The notes under the pieces are model-generated. The model worked only from the letters and a program-made list of their open reading frames with translations, ran no database searches and was not told the DNA's origin. From contig CAYRWR010000007.1 in the NCBI GenBank assembly GCA_964428015.1, forward strand, positions 21,546 to 85,545: a DNA stretch of 64,000 bases. The letters run 5' to 3'. The stretch is from an uncultured Brevinematales bacterium (GTDB lineage Bacteria; Spirochaetota; Brevinematia; Brevinematales; CAYRWR01). Positions 36,725 through 43,942 of this stretch are shown in pieces. The translations under genes and the position numbers were made by a program. Each line of letters opens with the position of its first letter. Position 1 is the first letter of the stretch.

Positions 36725-36850
36725 GGTCTCCTCATCCCTTCTCACCCGGGATAGGGGATCACTGTGTCCCCTGGTACTGAGTGGAGTGGCGCACCCCCTA
36801 GCCCTGGGCGGTCTGCGGCATCTTAACGCTCCGCGAATGTAGATGCTTTC
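36725..36850 (+). repeat. Copy B of the dispersed GC-rich element
   Basis: It contains tcatcCCTTCTCAC (36732-36745) and ccctgggcggtctgcggcatctTAACGctCCGCG (36801-36834), homologous to copies A and C. Its end overlaps the vapC stop codon by 2 nt. Confidence 0.45.
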
Positions 36851-37253
36851 AGCTCACCCAGTTTTCCATTTTCAGATCAGGGATCCTGGAAAAATGCTTT
36901 TGATTGTTAGTCACCAGGGTCAGATTGTGACTGAGGGCAGTGGATGCGATTAACAGGTCCAAATCATCCTGAGGCAGGCCTTGTTTCGATACATCAGCCT
37001 TGAGAAGAGCAAAACTCTCCATAACAGACCGGTCAACTTCCAGAATGGGATAGATATCAGCCAGCCGCATGACAGTAGCCAAATTCTTCTGAAAATGGCG
37101 GGATTTATGGGCACCATACAGCAGTTCGCCATAGGTCACCACGGAAATGAATTTAGGGTCATTTTTCCTGTCCAGAAAATTTTGATTCACGCCATTTTCA
37201 TTTTTAAGACTGTACATGATAATATCAGTATCAATCAAATAAAGCATTGTCAT
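36849..37253 (-). CDS. vapC: PIN-domain toxin VapC
   Basis: The track ORF extends to 37325. In-frame ATGs at 37253 and 37247 give M(TM)LYLIDTDI..., with the PIN acidic residues (IDTD, YGEL, DLLIAST, TNN.KHF). It overlaps the antitoxin stop (37231) by about 20 nt. Confidence 0.8.
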   Translation of the reverse strand: MTMLYLIDTDIIMYSLKNENGVNQNFLDRKNDPKFISVVTYGELLYGAHKSRHFQKNLATVMRLADIYPILEVDRSVMESFALLKADVSKQGLPQDDLDLLIASTALSHNLTLVTNNQKHFSRIPDLKMENWVS

Positions 37254-37509
37254 CCCCAAAGCGTTGACTGTTGGCCCTGTCTTTTTTGATATCTGAGAGA
37301 ATCTCCGCGCTACTGCGGTCATCAATCCAGCTGCCCGCCAGTTCCAGAAATTTTTCAGTAGGATTGATACCGATCCTGTTTTTGCCGGATATATAGTTTT
37401 CTAATATTTGAATCACTTCCTGACTGAGAGATCTTTTTTCTTTTTTTACCAGGGCCTGGAGTTCAGAATACAAGCTGTCTTCTATATCTCGTACCTGGAG
37501 AATAGCCAT
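37231..37509 (-). CDS. vapB: Ribbon-helix-helix antitoxin (VapB/FitA-like)
   Basis: The ATG at 37509 is preceded by AGGAGG. MAILQVRDIEDSLYSELQALVKKEKRSLSQEVIQILE matches the RHH beta-alpha-alpha pattern. It lies immediately upstream of and overlaps vapC. Confidence 0.7.
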   Translation of the reverse strand: MAILQVRDIEDSLYSELQALVKKEKRSLSQEVIQILENYISGKNRIGINPTEKFLELAGSWIDDRSSAEILSDIKKDRANSQRFGDDNALFD

Positions 37510-37638
37510 ATTTTCCTCCTTTCTTTTTAATATATCGCACCATGCATGAAATGTCATTCATTTCGCATGAACATTATATAATTTTCCGTTATATATTTTT
37601 ACAAAACAACATTGAAAAATTGAAATAAAAAAAATCAC

Positions 37639-37667
37639 TTGACATTGTTTATGTGCGCACATATAAT
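37639..37667 (+). promoter_or_regulatory. Near-consensus sigma70 promoter with an embedded palindromic operator for the second TA module
   Basis: The -35 is TTGACA (37639-37644), the spacer is 17 nt, and the -10 is TATAAT (37662-37667). A perfect 12-bp palindrome, ATGTGCGCACAT (37651-37662), lies in the spacer. An RBS AGAGGAGG follows, then the ATG at 37691. Confidence 0.65.
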
Positions 37668-37690
37668 GTGTAATAGAGGAGGTTTTTTAT

Positions 37691-37915
37691 ATGAAAAACA
37701 TAACACTATCCATAGATGATAAACTTTTATCCGCGGGAAGAGAATACGCGGCCAGACACCATATTTCTTTCAATGTTCTGGTGAGAAAACTGATAGAACA
37801 GACTGTTCTTAAAAAATCTGATCATTGGCTGGAAGACACCTTTCTACTGATGGATAAGGCTGAGGTAAAAGATAAAAAAGCAAAATGGACACGGGAGGAA
37901 TTATACCGTGTCTAA
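37691..37915 (+). CDS. Antitoxin (RHH-like) of the second PIN toxin-antitoxin pair
   Basis: 74 aa. The N-terminal ITLSIDDKLLSAGREYAARHHISFNVLVRKLIE matches the RHH pattern. It overlaps the downstream PIN gene by 8 nt. Confidence 0.65.
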   Translation: MKNITLSIDDKLLSAGREYAARHHISFNVLVRKLIEQTVLKKSDHWLEDTFLLMDKAEVKDKKAKWTREELYRV

Positions 37916-38339
37916 AATATTTCTTGATACCAACTTTCTGGTTTACAGTATCGATACCCGGGACAAAGAGAAGCATCAAAAAGCACGTTTGATTCTGGCA
38001 AAGGCTGTGGAACTGCATCTGCCGGTGATTTCTACCCAGGTCATTCAGGAGTTTTACGTGGTTTGTACTCAAAAATTAAAAATTGACCCTTTGATAATCA
38101 AAAACATTATACACAACTTCCAGAACCTGGAAATCGTGAATAATGATTTAAGCCTGGTGGAACAGGCCATCGATATCAGTATACTTTCTCAGCTGTCATT
38201 TTGGGATTCCTTAATCATTGCGGCAGCCGAAAAAGCCAATTGCGACCTGGTTCTTTCTGAAGACTTGAATTCAGGCCAGAATTACAGGGGTATAATAGTA
38301 TTGAATCCTTTTAGTGTGGAAAATTTCGATAATCTCTGA
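37908..38339 (+). CDS. vapC: PIN-domain toxin (VapC family), second module
   Basis: It has a GTG start that overlaps the antitoxin. The PIN acidic residues are present (FLDTN, QEF, FWDSLI, SED). Confidence 0.82.
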   Translation: MSKIFLDTNFLVYSIDTRDKEKHQKARLILAKAVELHLPVISTQVIQEFYVVCTQKLKIDPLIIKNIIHNFQNLEIVNNDLSLVEQAIDISILSQLSFWDSLIIAAAEKANCDLVLSEDLNSGQNYRGIIVLNPFSVENFDNL

Positions 38340-38344
38340 TTTTC

Positions 38345-40369
38345 TCAGTACTCATCCCCGCTGAACTGGGCATGGTTCAGTACCTTGTCTTCGATTTCCT
38401 GTTTTTCTTCAGGGGAGGCATCGGGGGCGGTTTTGGAGCCGCTGCGCCGGAAGCGTTCCAGCCAGTCCCTACCCAGCAAAGTAAACCCGCGGGCCGCCGC
38501 GGCGGTACTGAAGGCGGTGGTAGTCTCGGACTTGGGGCCTGTGCCCGGCCCGACACCCACATAGAACCCCGCCGCCAGCAGGGCTCCCCTCACCTGGGTG
38601 GAGGTGGAATAAGTCAATAGCCTGGTCCCGGCGGGGGCGCACAGACGGAACAGCCTGGAAAAAGAAGCATAATTCCACAAGGGTCCATTGGTATTCAGTG
38701 AAAACATGTCATAATAGATACAGCGCGGCGCGGGAGCCTGGCTGCACCGCTCCTCAAAATCCCCTTCCAGTAAGACCCATTCGATCCGTCCATCCGGAGA
38801 TACCCATTGGCCCTGGCGGAGCAGGCTACCCGGCCCGGCATGCCTGACATGAGGAAAGTGCGCGGTATGTTTACAGGCCAGCCGCAGGGAGTCCAGGTCA
38901 TTCTCAAAACTGAATATACGTATGCGTAGTGTGGAATCGGCCTCCAGCAGTTTTTCCGCCTCCATGATGGTCACCATGGCATTGGTACCCGCGCCCAGAC
39001 CCACATCCCAGATCACAAAATCTGCCTGGTCCTGCCCCTGTATAGCTTGCCTCAGTCCGCTTTGTTCAAAATACAGCGTCCGGGACTCCACCATGGGGTC
39101 GGAGACAGAGTGCATGGTCTCCCCGGAGGAGCGCTGACGGATGCTGTTGAAGCCGGGTCCCTCTACTATCTCATAATCCCCCAGGGTGTAGGCTTTTTTG
39201 CGTACAGGCCTGCTTGGGGGTAATTTGGGATGCTCCCCGTCGGGGGCAGACAGCAGCTCCCGGTGGGTGTTATAAAAGGACAGGAAGCTATTGTCCAGGA
39301 TATGCCGGCGCATATTGTCCATAAGCTGTTTATAATAGGCCAGGTTGTGCCGTCCGATGAGGCTGTACCCCAGGAATTCTTTGGTCTTGACCAGGTGGTG
39401 CAGATAGGCCCGGGAGTAGCTGCGGCAGGTGGGGCAGGCGCAGTTTTCGTCGAGGGGGCGGTCGGACAGTTTGTAGACTGAGCGCCTCAGCTCTACCCGT
39501 CCCTGTGAGGTATAGGCCAGCCCCTGCTGGGACACATAGGTGGGGATGATGCAGTCAAACATGTCCATCCCCCGGTGCACCGCCTCCAGCAGGTCCAGGG
39601 GCGTACCCACTCCCATGAGATAACGGGGCCGGTCGGGGGGGAGCAGTGCCGCGGTGAGAGCGGTGATGTCCTTGCGCTCCTCTTCCTCCTCCCCTACCGC
39701 CAGTCCCCCGATGGCATAGCCGTCAAAGGGCAGAGAGGTGATCTGAGCGGCGCTCCGCTTACGCAGGGCCGGAAAGCAGCCCCCCTGTACGATTCCGAAC
39801 AGGGACTGGGGAGAGTCCTGCCGGGCGGCCAGGCTCCGCTCCGCCCAACGCGCGGTGAGCTCCACCGCCTCCCGGCAGACATCGAGGGGTGAGCGGGAGG
39901 ACGCGCACTGGTCCAGGGCCATCATGATATCACTGCCTATGGCCTTCTGGGTATCGATACTGAGCTCGGGGCTGAGCAGGTAGCCGCGTCCGTCCACGTA
40001 GGACCGGAAAGAGGCTCCTTCTTCCGTGATTTTAAATGACTGTGACATGGAAAATATCTGGAATCCCCCGCTGTCGGTCAGGACCGAACGGGGCCAGTTC
40101 ATAAATTTGTGGATACCGCCCAGTGTCCGGAACACCTCTGTCCCGGGCCGGAGCAGGAGATGGTAGGTATTGGCCAGCAGTACCGGATAGCCCATGTCTT
40201 CCACGGCAGGGGTGGGCTGATTGCGCAGAGCGGCAAAGGTAGCCACAGGCATGAACAGAGGGGTCAGGACCTCATTGTGCAGAGTTTTAAAGCGGCAGGC
40301 CCGTGCCGCCGTACCGTCCGCCCTGGCCTCCACCTCAAAGCCCAGCCTGGAATCAGAAACATCCTTCAT
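38345..40369 (-). CDS. tgt: Queuine/preQ1 tRNA-ribosyltransferase (Tgt) fused to a C-terminal MnmC-type (Methyltransf_30/DUF752-like) SAM methyltransferase domain
   Basis: The N-terminal ~380 aa has LTDSGGFQ, DGYAIGGLAVGE, LMGVGTPLDLLEAV and the zinc site CACPTC...H. The C-terminal ~280 aa has ETMHS...VESRTLYF, VIWDVGLGAGTN, YYDMFSLNTNGPLW and LLTYSTSTQVRGALLAAGF, resembling the MnmC methyltransferase domain. It is a single uninterrupted 674-aa ORF and is visibly GC-rich (about 60-70% in sampled lines). Confidence 0.85.
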   Translation of the reverse strand: MKDVSDSRLGFEVEARADGTAARACRFKTLHNEVLTPLFMPVATFAALRNQPTPAVEDMGYPVLLANTYHLLLRPGTEVFRTLGGIHKFMNWPRSVLTDSGGFQIFSMSQSFKITEEGASFRSYVDGRGYLLSPELSIDTQKAIGSDIMMALDQCASSRSPLDVCREAVELTARWAERSLAARQDSPQSLFGIVQGGCFPALRKRSAAQITSLPFDGYAIGGLAVGEEEEERKDITALTAALLPPDRPRYLMGVGTPLDLLEAVHRGMDMFDCIIPTYVSQQGLAYTSQGRVELRRSVYKLSDRPLDENCACPTCRSYSRAYLHHLVKTKEFLGYSLIGRHNLAYYKQLMDNMRRHILDNSFLSFYNTHRELLSAPDGEHPKLPPSRPVRKKAYTLGDYEIVEGPGFNSIRQRSSGETMHSVSDPMVESRTLYFEQSGLRQAIQGQDQADFVIWDVGLGAGTNAMVTIMEAEKLLEADSTLRIRIFSFENDLDSLRLACKHTAHFPHVRHAGPGSLLRQGQWVSPDGRIEWVLLEGDFEERCSQAPAPRCIYYDMFSLNTNGPLWNYASFSRLFRLCAPAGTRLLTYSTSTQVRGALLAAGFYVGVGPGTGPKSETTTAFSTAAAARGFTLLGRDWLERFRRSGSKTAPDASPEEKQEIEDKVLNHAQFSGDEY

Positions 40370-40624
40370 AATCAGCAGCCTCTCGCGGGATAAGTATTTT
40401 TTAACATAAATAAGTCATCATTAATATTACCATCGAAATCTACTTCACTGCACCTACTTTATTTCCTTTTTTTCTCTTGGCCTTTATAGTAATATATAGG
40501 TCCAGAATATGAATTTATTACATCTTTTGAATCATTTTGATTTTGGTGTACTTGAGATTTATATGTGAAAAGTGAGATTCCTGTCTTATAAAAACAAATT
40601 TAAATAGTACTTTAATATTTATTT

Positions 40625-41659
40625 TCATTTTATATCTCCTAACGAATTAGGAATATTCTCATAATCATAAAACCGTTCTAATTCAGCACCTGTATTAATA
40701 TCCCTTAAATAAATTCTCAAATCATTTCCTTGAAATCCAACCCACACCGCAAAATTGTTCGAATTTTTGTATGAGAGAGTTTTACTTAATTCTTTTTTTA
40801 AATCTAATATTTCGTATCTTTCATTGATTTTATCATTATATATATATAATTTTCCATCATGACTAAAAGAATTTTGTTGGGGTATCGAACTAAAATGATT
40901 TTTTTTATCTAAAATGATATTAGTTTTATTATTTATAACAAGCAATCTAGTTTCTGTTTCTGGTAAATTAAGAACTAATTCTACATAATTTCCATTTTCT
41001 GAAATATTACTATATTCAACTTGTCCAAATGTTATATATACCCATTTTTTTCTAAAACTTAAATCGTAGACATTAACTTGAGTCATCGGAAAGGTATCGG
41101 ATAAGTCTACTTTATTACTTTGATCATAGATAAAGAACATTTGAATTTCCAAAATACTTTTTCCATCTTTAGAAGTAAGTAAACTTTTTGATATTATTTC
41201 AGAAATATCGTTTTGTTCGTCGGGAACAATATTATTATTAAGACAAATTTTTTTAAATATTTGATCATTTTTTTGTTTTAGAATGTTTGTCACTAAGGTG
41301 TTATTTGGCACCCTTAAAATGATAGTAGAGTTAGAAACAATAATTAATTGAGAATAACCTTGCATTTTGAAATTATCATAATTCATGATAGATAGGTTTA
41401 TAGCCCTATTTTCAAAAGCATCACCAATCCATTTCTCTATAATTGAATTATAGAATTCTTTTTTTATCCTAATAAAATTATGTATTTTTATTTCATTTTT
41501 AAAATACAATATTGTTTCATTTCTATTCGACAAATTAAATTTCGGCTCTATTTCACTAGATTGTGTATTTTTTTCCTCTGGCTTCACTTGTCCGCATGAG
41601 GCCAGGAGGACCAGGATGGTTACAATGGTGGTGGTTTTGGTGGACAGGGTGGTTTTCAT
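40625..41659 (-). CDS. Hypothetical lipoprotein with an extremely AT-rich mature part
   Basis: The lipobox is LLASC. There is no recognisable domain. The first ~80 nt (signal peptide) are about 54% GC, and the remaining ~950 nt are about 17-25% GC in sampled lines. Confidence 0.7.
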   Translation of the reverse strand: MKTTLSTKTTTIVTILVLLASCGQVKPEEKNTQSSEIEPKFNLSNRNETILYFKNEIKIHNFIRIKKEFYNSIIEKWIGDAFENRAINLSIMNYDNFKMQGYSQLIIVSNSTIILRVPNNTLVTNILKQKNDQIFKKICLNNNIVPDEQNDISEIISKSLLTSKDGKSILEIQMFFIYDQSNKVDLSDTFPMTQVNVYDLSFRKKWVYITFGQVEYSNISENGNYVELVLNLPETETRLLVINNKTNIILDKKNHFSSIPQQNSFSHDGKLYIYNDKINERYEILDLKKELSKTLSYKNSNNFAVWVGFQGNDLRIYLRDINTGAELERFYDYENIPNSLGDIK

Positions 41660-41731
41660 GTATGTACTCCGTTCTACCCCTCGATGCGATCCTCTGTGTG
41701 GTCCACTCGGGGGCTGTGTTTTTTTATAGCG

Positions 41732-41760
41732 AGAGTCTTAAGTGAGACTCTGTTTTTTTT
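41732..41760 (+). terminator. Orphan plus-strand intrinsic terminator
   Basis: A 7-bp stem pairs agagtct (41732-41738) with agactct (41745-41751) around a 6-nt loop, followed by g + T8 (41753-41760). No plus-strand gene lies upstream. Confidence 0.5.
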
Positions 41761-41792
41761 ATTGTAGCGGCGTGTTTGCCGTACCGTGGGGT

Positions 41793-41841
41793 CTCGGTAC
41801 AATTTTCCGCGCGAGCGCGGAAAATCACTCGACCTCCAATC
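41793..41841 (-). repeat. Hairpin repeat copy 1 (inverted relative to copies 2 and 3)
   Basis: The reverse complement reads GATTGGAGgtCGAGTGATTTTccgcgctcgcgcggAAAATTGTACCGAG. Confidence 0.6.
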
Positions 41842-41968
41842 GGGTCGGTGGGACACGAGGGCTAAACAGCCTTTTCTCTTTTTTCTGTTTGTCTTACCTC
41901 ACCCTGTGATTAATTAACATTGGCAAATATCTAAACTGTCTCCTATAAATATCTTATCCAACCTTAGC

Positions 41969-42037
41969 GATTGGACTTCGAGCGGTGTGCTGAGACTGCC
42001 GAAGTATGATTTTCGACGTAGTAGAAAATCGTACCGA
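41969..42037 (+). repeat. Hairpin repeat copy 2 (with a ~20-nt insertion)
   Basis: The sequence is GATTGGActtCGAGcggtgtgctgagactgccgaagtaTGATTTTcgacgtagtaGAAAATCGTACCGA. Confidence 0.5.
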
Positions 42038-42106
42038 AATGTCCGCTCTATTCCTACCAACAGAAGCTCTAGCTCCGTCTCCTCCAAGTCCCGAGTCTAT
42101 CTAAAA

Positions 42107-42154
42107 GATTGGAGTCCGAGTGATTTTTCGATGTAGTCGAAAAATTGTACCGAG
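42107..42154 (+). repeat. Hairpin repeat copy 3
   Basis: The sequence is GATTGGAGtcCGAGTGATTTTtcgatgtagtcgaAAAATTGTACCGAG. The stem sequence differs from copy 1 but pairing is preserved. Confidence 0.6.
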
Positions 42155-42188
42155 GACCCGTTCAACCCTACCCCCCCTCCCTCTATAC

Positions 42189-43520
42189 CTACTGCCTCTT
42201 CTTCACGATCATCAGCACCACGGCGGCTGTGGCTACAGCCAGGTTGGGGAACCACTCCATGAGGACGGGCAGGGAGCCTTTGGAGATCAGGGTCTCCACC
42301 CCTACCTTGACCCCGTAGTAGGTCACCATGATCAGAAAGCTGATGCCCAGGCCTTCGTTGCGGCCGCTGCGGGCATTGAACATGCCCAGGAACAGGCTCA
42401 GAAAGGCGAACAGAAAGGCCGAGACCGGGGCCGTGAATTTCTCGTGGTACTTCTGAATATATTTGGTGGGGATGGACTGTTTGATATTAATCACCTGTTT
42501 ATCCACTTCCCGGAGCTGATTCAGTACATTGGTATACTGCGCGGCGTTGGACGGCACAGAGGCTTTGTCTGCCTTTTTTAATTTAGCTTTCTCAATCTGG
42601 AGGCGGGACTGGAGTTGATCGCGCAGGGTGTACTGCTGTTTGAGCTTGGTCATGGTGGTGCCGGTGAGCCGGGCGATCTCGGCCCGGAGCTCGGCCTCAT
42701 TCATGGTGTCGGGGGTCTTGCGGTAGTAGTCCTCGGGCAGGTTGACATAGATATTGAGGGCCAGGTAGTTAAAGGAGGAAATAAAGAAATGCTCCTCCTC
42801 CCGGCCGGACTGGTCTTTGGCTTCCAGCACTTCGGTGAGAGTGCCGTTCTGGAATTTCATGATGTAGTGTTCCGCGTTCTCGGGATTGGAGATGAGGCGG
42901 GCTTTTTTAGCCTTGATGATCTTTCGGCCCCCGGTATCCACCACGTAGACATTGCGCAGGACTTCGTAGCCCTCTTCGTTGACCAGTTTTTCAAAGGATA
43001 TCTTGTAGATGCCCATGGACAGGCTGGACTGCTCCTTGAGGGAGATAGCCGGCTTTTGGGCCAGGAGCTTGGCATTGAGGCGGATGAGATTGTAATTAGC
43101 GCGTACCTCCACTGTATCCTTGAAATAAAACGCGAAGAAGCTAATAAAGATACCGAACAGTATCCCCGGAAGTACTACCCGGGGCATGGAAATACCGCAG
43201 GACTTCATAGCGGTGAGTTCACTGTCCTGGGACAGCCGGGACATGGTCAGGAGATAGCCGGGCAGGACCGCGAATGGAATAGAGAAAGAAATAACCATAG
43301 GCAGCTGGTTGAGGAGGAGCAGCAGGACCTGGTTGAAGGGAAAATTGTACTCAAAGTACATCTTGGCCAGCCATACCAGCTGGTTGAGCATGACCAGAAA
43401 GGTAAAAAACAGCAGTCCGAACAGGTAGTTAGGCAGCAGATCCCGGTAAAAATAGCGGTCCAGCCGGGAAAACAAGACACGTTGGAAAAAGTTGTTTTTA
43501 ACAGATACCCGGGGGGCCAT
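42189..43520 (-). CDS. LptF/LptG (YjgP/YjgQ)-family permease
   Basis: The track ORF extends to 43631. The ATG at 43520 gives MAPRVSVKNNFFQRVLFSRLDRYFYRDLLPNY..., the typical family N-terminus. It has three N-terminal TM helices, a large periplasmic insert, and three C-terminal TM helices. Confidence 0.8.
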   Translation of the reverse strand: MAPRVSVKNNFFQRVLFSRLDRYFYRDLLPNYLFGLLFFTFLVMLNQLVWLAKMYFEYNFPFNQVLLLLLNQLPMVISFSIPFAVLPGYLLTMSRLSQDSELTAMKSCGISMPRVVLPGILFGIFISFFAFYFKDTVEVRANYNLIRLNAKLLAQKPAISLKEQSSLSMGIYKISFEKLVNEEGYEVLRNVYVVDTGGRKIIKAKKARLISNPENAEHYIMKFQNGTLTEVLEAKDQSGREEEHFFISSFNYLALNIYVNLPEDYYRKTPDTMNEAELRAEIARLTGTTMTKLKQQYTLRDQLQSRLQIEKAKLKKADKASVPSNAAQYTNVLNQLREVDKQVINIKQSIPTKYIQKYHEKFTAPVSAFLFAFLSLFLGMFNARSGRNEGLGISFLIMVTYYGVKVGVETLISKGSLPVLMEWFPNLAVATAAVVLMIVKKRQ

Positions 43521-43644
43521 AGTTACATCCTGTGATTTTGATTCTGGGGATATAGTATCATAATACACGTCAGTTATCAAAAAATAGGATTTTTTCGTAG
43601 GAATGATTGCATTTAATAACAGACAGGTCAAGGTATGCTATATC

Positions 43645-43792
43645 CTATCACCGCAGAGACGATGCCCGCGGCAGGCGTTAGGACCACGGCACCGCCCAGG
43701 GGTCGGCATATCGCCCCGACCGGGCTACCAGGAGACGGGGTATATCCAGTGACCGCGTGAGAAGGCATAACCGCCACCAGGGGACCCGGTCC
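43645..43792 (-). repeat. Copy C of the dispersed GC-rich element
   Basis: The reverse complement reads ggtcccctggtggcggttatgCCTTCTCACgcggtcactgg ... ccctgggcggtgccgtggtccTAACGcctgCCGCGggcatcgtctctgcggt. It lies between the dnaJ terminator and the lptF-like start. Confidence 0.5.
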
Positions 43793-43795
43793 CGG

Positions 43796-43824
43796 AAAAA
43801 AATCGGCCCTGACGAAGGGCCGAC
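43796..43824 (-). terminator. Intrinsic terminator of the grpE-dnaK-dnaJ operon
   Basis: On the minus strand the stem CGGCCCT, loop tcgtc and stem AGGGCCG are followed by a + T7. It lies about 120 nt downstream of the dnaJ stop. Confidence 0.7.
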
Positions 43825-43942
43825 TCTGCATAGAAAAAATGTTAGCTAAAAGAGATGACAGGCTGCTGTCAGCCCTCTCCTGGAATGCCGGGCCGCTGTC
43901 CCGGTACAGAACCGTGTAGGCCCTTTTTCCAGGGAAAAAAAC

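Noticed and set aside
36551-36754. Two 67-aa ORFs inside copies B (36551-36754 +) and C (43628-43831 -) of the GC-rich element
   Set aside because: Their equal length is a coincidence. The proteins are unrelated apart from a short (V/L)(I/M)PSH stretch encoded by the conserved CCTTCTCAC block. Copy A has stops in that frame, and there is no RBS. The conservation is at the nucleotide level, not the protein level.
41793-42154. Hairpin repeats as a CRISPR array or as integron attC sites
   Set aside because: There are only three copies with irregular spacing, one of them inverted and one carrying an insertion. There are no cas genes, no integrase, and no GTTRRRY/RYYYAAC core pairs.
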